From positions 1 through 46,958 of the forward strand of contig CAYGAE010000002.1 in the NCBI GenBank assembly GCA_964347855.1: a DNA stretch of 46,958 nt, written 5' to 3'. Under the pieces are notes generated by a model. The model worked only from the letters and a program-made list of their open reading frames with translations, made no database searches and had not been told where the DNA came from. Source of the DNA: an uncultured Candidatus Bathyarchaeia archaeon. Lineage in GTDB: Archaea; Thermoproteota; Bathyarchaeia; Bathyarchaeales; Bathyarchaeaceae. The position numbers and the translations under genes are program-made. Shown here one piece after another: positions 35,803-43,851 of this stretch; position 1 is the first letter of the stretch, and each line of letters begins with the position of its first letter.

Positions 35803-36588
35803 TCAACCTATTACTTGAAAAACGGGATAATCCTCTTTGAAACCAACTATACTGACAGAACCTTCGTTTTTCAACTGCATTAGGCAATCGAAAATCTCTG
35901 TATGGTCAATTTCTAGTTTTTCTGATAGATCGACAACTGAAAGCGGCGAATCCTTAAGCAACCTCAGAATTAGAAATTTTAGATATTTTGTATCTAGAAC
36001 CTCATTGACTATCGTCGTCAAGTGATCGGGGTCGAGTTTTTCTCCGTAGACATTTCCTTCATCTAAAAGTACTTTCTCTTTACCTATCATCCACCTCACC
36101 GTGAACTCTAGGAACTCATTTTCAGCTGCAACTATCTTATCCATGGTAGGAACGCCATCTATGATTTCTTTGGAAATGGGTCCTAGTTTCTTCAGTTCGT
36201 CAGTAAACTCTGCAACAGTCTGTGCGAAGAGCTTTCCTTCTGATGCGGAGATCCATTGGTATTTAAATCGTTGTGGAGGGATCTTGCTTCTTTCTACCAC
36301 CCTAGCAACATGTTTCATCTTCTGCTGGGCCTCGACGTTGCCTGCTATGTAATGGCAGTCTCCAGGGTGACACCCAGCTACCAGAACACCATCGGCGCCT
36401 TCGCGAAAGGCCTCGAAAATCAGGAAAGGATCAACTCTACCGCTGCACATCACTTTGATGATTCTTAGGCTTGTGGGATACTGATACCTTGAGACTCCGG
36501 CAAAGTCTGCACCTGCGTAAGAACACCAGTTGCATAGGAACGCAATCACCAAAGGTTCAAAATCCTCTTCATTATCCTCTTCTTTCAT
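35803..36588 (-). CDS. mvhD: MvhD-like protein fused to a C-terminal winged-helix-like domain
   Basis: 261 aa. Residues 1-140 are MvhD (LVIAFLCNWCSYAGADFAG...GCHPGDCHY). The C-terminal ~70 aa (KFLILRLLKDSPLSVVDLSEKLEIDHTEIFDCLMQLKNEGSVSIVGF) has a wHTH pattern. Confidence 0.8.
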   Translation of the reverse strand: MKEEDNEEDFEPLVIAFLCNWCSYAGADFAGVSRYQYPTSLRIIKVMCSGRVDPFLIFEAFREGADGVLVAGCHPGDCHYIAGNVEAQQKMKHVARVVERSKIPPQRFKYQWISASEGKLFAQTVAEFTDELKKLGPISKEIIDGVPTMDKIVAAENEFLEFTVRWMIGKEKVLLDEGNVYGEKLDPDHLTTIVNEVLDTKYLKFLILRLLKDSPLSVVDLSEKLEIDHTEIFDCLMQLKNEGSVSIVGFKEDYPVFQVIG

Positions 36589-39500
36589 GCAATCACCTTT
36601 GCCGCTCTTATCTGCGATATGAGTTGTTGATCAGTGAAATGTGTAATGCTAATTGCTCTTTCGGGGCATGACGCGGCACAAACACCGCAACCTTTGCACG
36701 CCGCCAAAATGACTTCTGCTTTTCCATCATCACCAATTTCAACAGCGTTGAATGGGCATAGGAACACACAAAGTTCGCACCCTACACATTTTTCTTTGTC
36801 TGTTATACGACTAACGATCACCTCGCTTTCAATGTAGTCCTTTGAAAGAATTGTCGTAGCTCTTGACGCTGCTGCGCTCGCCTGTGCTATGCTCTCGTAG
36901 ATCATCTTCGGGTAATGGGCGGTTCCGCATACAAATACTCCATCCGTTGCAAAATCAACGGGCCTAAGCTTCACGTGGGCCTCCAAGAAGAAACCATTTG
37001 GATCTAAAGGCACCTTAAATAGTCTGCTAATCTTTTCGTAATCCTTGTGTGGAGTTATTGCACTGCTCAGCACCACATAATCGGCGTGGAGGACCAACTT
37101 TTCCTTCAACAGGAGTTCGTCAACCGTAACAGATAGGTTTTCAGGGTCCACAACTGGTTTGTGTTCATCTGTATATCTAATGAAAACTACACCCATACTT
37201 CTTGCAACGTTGTAGATGGTCTCCCAGATTCCATATGCCCTAACATCCCTGTATAATATGTACACCTCCGTTTCCAAGCTCATCTTCTTGATGTTTATCG
37301 CGTTCTTTATGGCTTCACTGCAACAAACCCTTGAGCAGTAGGTTCTACCTTCATTTTCTCTGGAACCGACGCACTGGATCATAACAACAGTCTTTGCGTT
37401 GAACCCTTTCTTAAGCATCTGTTCCAAGTCTTCTTGGGTAATTATTCGTTCGTTTTCTCCGTAATAGTAGTAGCCCGCAGGTTCCAGTACACTGGCCCCA
37501 ACAGCGATAATTGCAGCTCCGAATTCGATTTCCTTAGAACCTTCCGGAGTTGTTATTATTGCCTTGAAGTCACCGAGGTGGCCAGTTACTGCCTCTACTT
37601 CTGATTCAAGAAATATCTTTATCCGCGGATCGCTTTTCACTTTGTGAACAATTTCCTTCAGGAGGTCATATGTCTTGGTCCCATCTTGGATTTTCCATAT
37701 GTTCTTGATAAACCCGCCTAGGGTGCTATTCTTTTCAACAAGGTAGACCTCGAATCCTTGATTTGCAATATCTAGGCTGGCAGTGATTCCGGCTATTCCT
37801 CCACCTAGCACCAACGCCTTCTGCGTAACCGGGATCATTCGTCTTTTCAGTGGCTTCAACAGTCTTGCTTTTGCAACCGCTATATCTATGAGATTCTTAG
37901 CCTTCGCTGTAGCTCTCTCTTTTTGATTCATGTGTACCCAAGAGCACTGTTCGCGGACGTTACAGAACTCAAAAAGATATGGGTTCAAACCGGCTTCCTT
38001 CAATGTGTTTTGGAAGAGGTGTTCGTGAGTTCTGGGGGTGCACGATGCAACTACAATTCTGTTCAAGTCCTTTTCTTCTATCACCTCTTTTATTCTCTCT
38101 AGAGTTTCTTGGGAGCATGTGTAGAGGTTTTCTTCACAGTGAATAACATTGTCCAGTGTGCCAACATATTTGACCACTTCGGGTACATTTATGACACCCC
38201 CAATGTTGATGCCGCAGTTACAGACAAACACACCAACCCGAGGTTCTTCCTCAATCTGGCGTTCTTCCGGAAATTCCTTTTCGATGGTCAACTGGTTCTT
38301 AGCAGATGAAAGTAGGGCCTTAGCCTTAGCAGCGGCTCCGCATGCCTGTGCTACACAATCTGGTATGTCTTTTGGACCTTGAGCTGTTCCACAAACGTAT
38401 ACACCTTCTATATTGGTCTCCAGTGGCTTGTTAAGTCTTGTTTTGACGTAACCATATTCATTCAGCTCTAGATTCAACATTTTCGCTAATTTTTCCAGCG
38501 ATTTTGGTGGCTTCAACCCAACTGAAAGGACCACAAGATCAAGGTCTATAGTCTTGAATTCGTTGTCTTTCGGGTCCTCATAGTAGATTGTGAGAAGATC
38601 ACTGTTTACGTTTCCTTTCACCTCAACATCTTTGCACCTGATGTATTTGATATTATATTCATCCTCAGCTCTTTTTGTAAACTCCTCAAACCCTTTTCCA
38701 TAAGCTCTCAAATCTATGAAAAATATGTGCACGTCTAGTTCTGGGTCGTGTTCTTTTGCGACTATGGCTTCTTTTGTCGCGTACATGCAGCAGACGGCGG
38801 AGCACAATTCCCTCCCTATGCTGGGGTCCCTCGACCCAACGCACTGAATAAACCCAATCTTCTTTGGTTTTGTCCCGTCTGAAGGCTTGATTATAGATCC
38901 CTTTGTGGGTCCACTTGCGCTCAGAAACCTCTCAAATTCCGTAGATGTAACTACATTCTCGTGCTTGTAGTTCAATACGGCTTCAAGTGCTGGATCATAA
39001 GGTTCTGCGCCAGTAGAAACGATAATGCCCCCAACCTTCAAACTCACATTTTCATCTTTTTGGGCAAAGTTCACGGCCTTGGCTTCACAAATCTTCTCGC
39101 ATATCCGACAAACATCTTTGGTGAAGTAAAGACAGTGTTTCTTATCGATTAAGGCGACAAGAGGGACCGCTTGAGGGAGAGGAACCCTTATGCTCTTAGT
39201 AAGACCGATGTTCTCATTCATCACATCTGGAATTTTTACTGGACATTTCGAAGAACATGTTCCACACCCTGTACACCTTTGCTCGTCCACAAACCTCGCT
39301 TTCTTACGCAACTCGATTTCGAAATCTCCTGCCTTCCCGGTAATAGACAGCAATTCACAGTATGTGAGCAACTCTATGTTTGGATGCCGCGAAACCTCGG
39401 CCAATTTGGGAGCCAGAATGCAGATGGCGCAATCATTTGTTGGAAACGTTTTGTCAAGCTGGAGCATCCTTCCCCCAATGGTGGGGCTGTCCTCAATGAG

Positions 39501-39629
39501 GTACACTTTAAAACCTGACTCTGCAAGTTCGAGAGATGCATATATCCCTGATATTCCCCCACCGATTATAGCAACAGCTCCCACAAGTCCCACGAGTGTC
39601 ACCAATTTTGATTTACTTGACGAAGTCAA
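36585..39629 (-). CDS. hdrA: large double HdrA-like protein (1014 aa), paralog
   Basis: Same architecture as 32698-35793 (IIGGGISGIYASLE, VLGGGIAGITASLD, two CVGSR clusters, ferredoxin motifs). TTG start; a GTG a few codons in is an alternative. Confidence 0.85.
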   Translation of the reverse strand: MTSSSKSKLVTLVGLVGAVAIIGGGISGIYASLELAESGFKVYLIEDSPTIGGRMLQLDKTFPTNDCAICILAPKLAEVSRHPNIELLTYCELLSITGKAGDFEIELRKKARFVDEQRCTGCGTCSSKCPVKIPDVMNENIGLTKSIRVPLPQAVPLVALIDKKHCLYFTKDVCRICEKICEAKAVNFAQKDENVSLKVGGIIVSTGAEPYDPALEAVLNYKHENVVTSTEFERFLSASGPTKGSIIKPSDGTKPKKIGFIQCVGSRDPSIGRELCSAVCCMYATKEAIVAKEHDPELDVHIFFIDLRAYGKGFEEFTKRAEDEYNIKYIRCKDVEVKGNVNSDLLTIYYEDPKDNEFKTIDLDLVVLSVGLKPPKSLEKLAKMLNLELNEYGYVKTRLNKPLETNIEGVYVCGTAQGPKDIPDCVAQACGAAAKAKALLSSAKNQLTIEKEFPEERQIEEEPRVGVFVCNCGINIGGVINVPEVVKYVGTLDNVIHCEENLYTCSQETLERIKEVIEEKDLNRIVVASCTPRTHEHLFQNTLKEAGLNPYLFEFCNVREQCSWVHMNQKERATAKAKNLIDIAVAKARLLKPLKRRMIPVTQKALVLGGGIAGITASLDIANQGFEVYLVEKNSTLGGFIKNIWKIQDGTKTYDLLKEIVHKVKSDPRIKIFLESEVEAVTGHLGDFKAIITTPEGSKEIEFGAAIIAVGASVLEPAGYYYYGENERIITQEDLEQMLKKGFNAKTVVMIQCVGSRENEGRTYCSRVCCSEAIKNAINIKKMSLETEVYILYRDVRAYGIWETIYNVARSMGVVFIRYTDEHKPVVDPENLSVTVDELLLKEKLVLHADYVVLSSAITPHKDYEKISRLFKVPLDPNGFFLEAHVKLRPVDFATDGVFVCGTAHYPKMIYESIAQASAAASRATTILSKDYIESEVIVSRITDKEKCVGCELCVFLCPFNAVEIGDDGKAEVILAACKGCGVCAASCPERAISITHFTDQQLISQIRAAKVIA
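36865..36998. repeat. near-identical patch A, copy 2
   Basis: Partner of 33071-33204. Encodes FFLEAHVKLRPVDFATDGVFVCGTAHYPKMIYESIAQASAAASRA in both proteins. Confidence 0.9.
38734..38858. repeat. near-identical patch B, copy 2
   Basis: Partner of 34955-35079. Encodes IGFIQCVGSR(N/D)PSIGRELCSAVCCMYATKEAIVAKEHDPELD. Confidence 0.9.
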
Positions 39630-40497
39630 TTACTGAGTTCGTGGGAATCATGTTTTTGTGAAGACCAAGCTCCTTTGGAGGGATGCCGAACGAAAGCCCC
39701 ATGAGTTGGGTAAAATAGAGGATGGGAATTTCGCGTTTGCTATCCATTTTTGCCATGATCTTATTTTGTAAGGTTTCAAGTGCCATATGGCAAAGGGGGC
39801 ACGTAACGATGATACACTGTGCTCCACGTTCCTCTGCCTCAACGACGATCTCTTTTGTTAACTCAAACGCCATGTTCTGGTGTGTCATGAGTAAGCCGCC
39901 GCCGCAACATTTTGTTTTGCCAAAGAACTCGAGGGGGTCTCCACCTAGGTTTGAGACGAGCTTATCGAGTGACTCTGGGTCATCTGGGTCATCAAAATTA
40001 AGGATTTTGGATGGCCTAACTATTAGACAACCGTAATAAGAAACAGTTTTTAACCCTTTGAGCGGTCTTTGTACATGCTCCTTTACTTTCTCCAAACCTA
40101 TATCGTTCAAAATCAAATCTAGAAGATGCTTTATTTCGATTTCACGAAAATCATAATTCAAAAGCTGATTTATCTTGTTCTTGAGCTCTCCGTTCCTAGA
40201 AAGCCTCCACTGAACCTTAACAAGATTGTTCAAACACGCATTGCATGTTACTACCAGCTTGTCTGACTCTTCGGATGCAATTTTCAAATTTCTTGCTGGT
40301 AAAGCCAACGAAAGCAATGGGTTCAGCGAACTAACCTCTAGTGCACCGCAACAATTCCAATCTTGAATTTCTACAAGGTCTACTCCAAGTCTCTGGCAAA
40401 CTGCGTTTGTGGATGATTGGTACTCTTTTGCAGAAGATTCAAGTGAGCACCCTGGATAATAAGAAATCTCCACTTCACACCACCTGAGTTTCTGCAT
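39613..40497 (-). CDS. hdrB: heterodisulfide reductase subunit B-like
   Basis: 294 aa with CCG motifs NCCGALE and KCCGGG. Overlaps neighbours on both sides. Confidence 0.85.
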   Translation of the reverse strand: MQKLRWCEVEISYYPGCSLESSAKEYQSSTNAVCQRLGVDLVEIQDWNCCGALEVSSLNPLLSLALPARNLKIASEESDKLVVTCNACLNNLVKVQWRLSRNGELKNKINQLLNYDFREIEIKHLLDLILNDIGLEKVKEHVQRPLKGLKTVSYYGCLIVRPSKILNFDDPDDPESLDKLVSNLGGDPLEFFGKTKCCGGGLLMTHQNMAFELTKEIVVEAEERGAQCIIVTCPLCHMALETLQNKIMAKMDSKREIPILYFTQLMGLSFGIPPKELGLHKNMIPTNSVIDFVK

Positions 40498-41059
40498 ATA
40501 GCCTTTCTATTTCCTTGAGACCTTTGATTTTACTCGGAAACAGGCTCAATTTTCGTTTTCGTGCCATCTTCAGTCCCAAGGGAAAATATGATAGCGTAAA
40601 TTTCAGGTTCTTTCGTTTCAACATGTATCTCATAATCAGAGCCGTCTCAAATACGCGCCCATAATGCTTTATGCTATCTGCGAAGGTTGAGTCAAACAAA
40701 AACTTTGGGCCTTTGATCTGGATGTTCCCTTTTTCTGATTCTTTCACTGCAAGAATCTTTAATGCCTCAACGACCTCAGCAAACTTCACATTCTGAGGAC
40801 ATCGTTCGTAGCAGGTATGGCAGTGGACGCATTTCCAGATGGTCTCACTGGAGAGTAGCTCGTTCTTCATCCCGTATAGAATCATTCTAATTATCTTTCT
40901 TGGGTTATAGTCATCGTCGATTCTCCTCACGGGACATGAAACGGCACAAATACCACAGTGAAAGCATTGCTTTACATTTTCACCCCCTGGTTGATTGGAA
41001 ACCTCATATTTAAAATACGGATCGAGATCACCAAAATCAATTACCTGTTCTTTCTCCAT
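40475..41059 (-). CDS. hdrC: heterodisulfide reductase subunit C-like
   Basis: 194 aa with CFHCGICAVSCP and CVHCHTCYERCP. First gene of the minus-strand hdr operon. Confidence 0.8.
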   Translation of the reverse strand: MEKEQVIDFGDLDPYFKYEVSNQPGGENVKQCFHCGICAVSCPVRRIDDDYNPRKIIRMILYGMKNELLSSETIWKCVHCHTCYERCPQNVKFAEVVEALKILAVKESEKGNIQIKGPKFLFDSTFADSIKHYGRVFETALIMRYMLKRKNLKFTLSYFPLGLKMARKRKLSLFPSKIKGLKEIERLYAETQVV

Positions 41060-41107
41060 CCCAAACCACTCGAAGTCTATCAGAGATTTCTATCAAAGAA
41101 ATAATAT

Positions 41108-41115
41108 TATTTATA
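41108..41115 (-). promoter_or_regulatory. putative TATA box of the minus-strand hdr operon
   Basis: Minus strand reads TATAAATA ~49 nt upstream of ATG 41059. A (GC)4 tract lies 12 nt further upstream. Confidence 0.4.
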
Positions 41116-41127
41116 CATTTTGCAATT

Positions 41128-41135
41128 GCGCGCGC
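41128..41135. repeat. alternating (GC)4 tract
   Basis: aattGCGCGCGCtgcc. On the minus strand it lies 12 nt upstream of TATAAATA, the putative hdrC2 TATA box. Confidence 0.95.
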
Positions 41136-41537
41136 TGCCTCTTACCTTCAAGACCCATTGGCCTCACCCTTTGTTCGCGGTTGGCTCCCAGAAAGCTAAG
41201 ATTCAGTTAGGCAGAAGGAGCAGCCTTCGACCTCAATCAGCGGGTCCGAACGCTTGCAGAGTTCGCACATCATTCCCTTTTGTCTTATAATTGTGCAGGC
41301 GCTACAGAAGGCTTTCAGAATCTCACATCGGGAGGCTTTTCCATTCGCTAGCGAAGTTGCGATCTTCTTATTATGCGCTGAATCTCCCTCTCATCCTCAA
41401 TGGCTAGAACACTGCCTCGCACGTGTCGAGGGTATTTATAGATTGTGTAAGTGGTAACTCATGTTTTCAATTTTGTGTAAGAGAGAAAGATTTAAATTGA
41501 GAGGTCAATTACAAATTATGTAATACGAAATACGCAA

Positions 41538-41891
41538 ATGAGAGAGCACAAACATGTGCGTAGGACAGAGGTTAAGGAGGTGAGTGAAATGAAAAGGAAA
41601 GGAGAAGAGGAAATCCACCTGGACAAGGCGTTGGCTGGTGTGCGCCCAATTGAGATGAAAGAAATAAAGCCACGAAGAAAAGTCTCTTTGAAAGGAAGAG
41701 TGCTTCGATTAATGGGGATGAATGGAGGCTTTGAGGAGCTTTCAAGCGATCAAAAACAAATGGGCCACGCCGGTAATTCAGAGAACAACTATTACAAATA
41801 TCAGAGGGAAGTGGAAACTACTTTGTTGGAAGCAGAACGCAAAAAAGCTGAGGCATTGATGGAATGGCAAAAACGTCTCTTCACTTGCTAA
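41538..41891 (+). CDS. hypothetical charged protein
   Basis: 117-aa Lys/Glu-rich ORF, no family recognised. A TATA-like GATTTAAATTG lies ~45 nt upstream and a T5 run (41908-41912) lies downstream. Confidence 0.4.
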   Translation: MREHKHVRRTEVKEVSEMKRKGEEEIHLDKALAGVRPIEMKEIKPRRKVSLKGRVLRLMGMNGGFEELSSDQKQMGHAGNSENNYYKYQREVETTLLEAERKKAEALMEWQKRLFTC

Positions 41892-41966
41892 AAAACCCCT
41901 AATCCTCTTTTTGTGTTAAGCAATGGTGTCCGCAGGCGCATTGAAATCAATGAACCTAGGAACAGG

Positions 41967-41976
41967 GCGCGCGCGC
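41967..41976. repeat. alternating (GC)5 tract
   Basis: ggGCGCGCGCGCcgcgctAAAATATATAT. 6 nt upstream of the TATA-like box of the CxxCH gene. Confidence 0.95.
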
Positions 41977-41982
41977 CGCGCT

Positions 41983-41993
41983 AAAATATATAT
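41983..41993 (+). promoter_or_regulatory. putative TATA box of the CxxCH/PEF-CTERM gene
   Basis: AAAATATATAT ~51 nt upstream of ATG 42044. Confidence 0.4.
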
Positions 41994-42043
41994 GGCAGAA
42001 ACATGCATACATAGAACGACGATGAGCACAGAGGGAGATTGCG

Positions 42044-42631
42044 ATGAACAAGGAACTGAAGTTGATTCTAGTTGGCATTTCGACATTAATCTTCGTTGGG
42101 GCCTTTTTCAGCGTCACGAATATCTATTCATACCCACAAGGAATAGATAACAAATCTGATGGATGCGGGGGGTGTCATGGCGGCAGCCCTAGCAGTGGAA
42201 CAAGCGTCACCATCAACGGGCTACCTGGGATGTACGAACCTAGTAAAGACTACTCGCTGACTGTCACGGTGACAAGCACCGACGTGCCTGGAAACGATGG
42301 TGGCTTCGACCTCTCAGTAACTGCCGGGACGCTGGTAGTTACAAATGGTACGAACACCCAGTTAATGAGCGGAGAACTTACCCACACAGATGCTGGATGG
42401 CATCAAAGAAGCTGGGCTTTCAACTGGACTGCACCGACAGGAGGTGATGTTACCTTTAACGTTGCCGGATTAGCTGCAGACGGTGGTGGCGACGCTGGCG
42501 GTGACGCGTGGGCCACGTATAACTTCACAATATCTATCATCCCTGAGTTTCCCGGCCTCACACTTTTCCTAGTGCTAGCAGCAGTCACAGTGTTTGTTCT
42601 CTTCTTCACTAGAAGAAGGTCTGCTGGGTAA
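42044..42631 (+). CDS. secreted CxxCH (putative monoheme c-type) protein with PEF-CTERM archaeosortase signal
   Basis: 195 aa: N-terminal signal anchor, a single CGGCH motif, a beta-rich Thr/Gly/Asp-rich domain, and the C-terminal PEFPGLTLFLVLAAVTVFVLFFTRRRS (PEF motif + TM + basic tail). Confidence 0.7.
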   Translation: MNKELKLILVGISTLIFVGAFFSVTNIYSYPQGIDNKSDGCGGCHGGSPSSGTSVTINGLPGMYEPSKDYSLTVTVTSTDVPGNDGGFDLSVTAGTLVVTNGTNTQLMSGELTHTDAGWHQRSWAFNWTAPTGGDVTFNVAGLAADGGGDAGGDAWATYNFTISIIPEFPGLTLFLVLAAVTVFVLFFTRRRSAG

Positions 42632-42653
42632 CAGTGACAAGAAGACACTCTAA

Positions 42654-42661
42654 GCGCGCGC
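42654..42661. repeat. alternating (GC)4 tract
   Basis: taaGCGCGCGCacatt. 23 nt past the stop of the CxxCH gene. Confidence 0.95.
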
Positions 42662-42811
42662 ACATTGTCGCAAGCAACCTAGTATGACACTTTGATTTTG
42701 ACATGTTCTGCAGCTATGATCACGAGCCCTTTTCAAGGCAACGGGAGTTTCAATAGCTTTGCCCGTGCGCACTCGTGTTCCTTTTTGTGCACAGTGGTTG
42801 TCTTCAGGGAG

Positions 42812-43660
42812 TTACAGGCCGGTTATGTAACCTGTAATCACATATGCTGTGCACAGCAGTAGACCAGTCAACAGGTGTATCAGAACTGTAGCTGCATTCG
42901 CTGGAATAAGCTTGGATGGATCTTCATAATTCCTTCTGGCGACAAATACAGCTCTTATGGCCATGGGAGCCGTCAGAAATGAAAGCAACGTGACCACTGG
43001 CATCAGCGACAAAGAGACTCCTAACATTATCACAGCGTATGTGGAAAACATAAGTATGCCATAAATGTCTGCAGCCCTTTTTCTTCCAATCCTAGTTACG
43101 AGCGTCCTTTTTCCCGCTTTAGCATCTGCATAATAGTCTGGAATCTCGTTTATCCAAAGCACTTCTAGAATCAACATCCCTAGAGGAATGGATGCTATTA
43201 TTGGTTCTAATGCAATGGTCTGTGTTTGTACGTAATAACTCCCTATAACTGCGAGTGGCCCGCAATTTAGACCTACAATAAACTCCCCAACGCCTCGAGT
43301 GGCTAATTGAGTCGTGTAGAAATACCCTGAAAAGACGCCTGTAAGACCAAGAACGACAATAACCCATCCCCGAGTTACAGCAAGGAATACCCCAATGAGG
43401 CCGGCAAAAATAAAGGAAACCAGAGATGCTATGTAAACCTCTCTCGGGTTCAGAACACCCTTGGGAAGCAAGCCACTTCCCCCACTGAATGGCGAGCTGA
43501 AATCTGTATTGATCGAATCGCATCCGCTCTTATAGTCAAAATAATCGTTTGCAAGATTTGTTCCAGCATTTATACACACCGCACCTATCAGACTTAGCAC
43601 AAAATATGTTGGGCTGAAGGCTCTAGTGGATAACCAAGCCACCGCCGTGCCGAGAAACAC
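42812..43660 (-). CDS. menA: UbiA-superfamily prenyltransferase, MenA-like (5-prime end unresolved)
   Basis: NLANDYFDYKSGCD and DYYADAKAGKRT Asp-rich motifs and ~8 TM segments. The coordinates use the first canonical start (GTG 43660), but conserved-looking N-terminal coding continues upstream to 43762 without any ATG/GTG/TTG. Confidence 0.8.
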   Translation of the reverse strand: MFLGTAVAWLSTRAFSPTYFVLSLIGAVCINAGTNLANDYFDYKSGCDSINTDFSSPFSGGSGLLPKGVLNPREVYIASLVSFIFAGLIGVFLAVTRGWVIVVLGLTGVFSGYFYTTQLATRGVGEFIVGLNCGPLAVIGSYYVQTQTIALEPIIASIPLGMLILEVLWINEIPDYYADAKAGKRTLVTRIGRKRAADIYGILMFSTYAVIMLGVSLSLMPVVTLLSFLTAPMAIRAVFVARRNYEDPSKLIPANAATVLIHLLTGLLLCTAYVITGYITGL

Positions 43661-43843
43661 AGGAATAAAAACCGCAGTAAAGAAGGGGGCTCTTAACGCC
43701 CTAATCCATACAAGAATTCTAACTGCCTTCTTTTCAGAGTTCTCTGACAGTTTCTTTCCCTCTTAAATATCATGCTTCACATCTAGTGTGTTGGATCAAG
43801 ACATATAAAGTGTTGTTTGGCAAACGAGAACTTCCAATAAAAT

Positions 43844-43851
43844 GCGCGCGC
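43844..43851. repeat. alternating (GC)4 tract
   Basis: aaatGCGCGCGCacct. On the minus strand it is directly followed by ATTTTATTGG, upstream of the menA-like gene. Confidence 0.95.

Noticed and set aside
27818-41059. Reading the hdr cluster as evidence that the organism is a methanogen.
   Set aside because: No mcr, mtr, fwd or CoM/CoB genes are in the window, and Hdr/MvhD homologs are widespread in non-methanogenic archaea and bacteria.
41254-41457. 67-aa plus-strand ORF in the spacer upstream of hdrC2.
   Set aside because: It has no recognisable family or TATA/RBS context, and it overlaps the more protein-like Cys-rich frame on the opposite strand.
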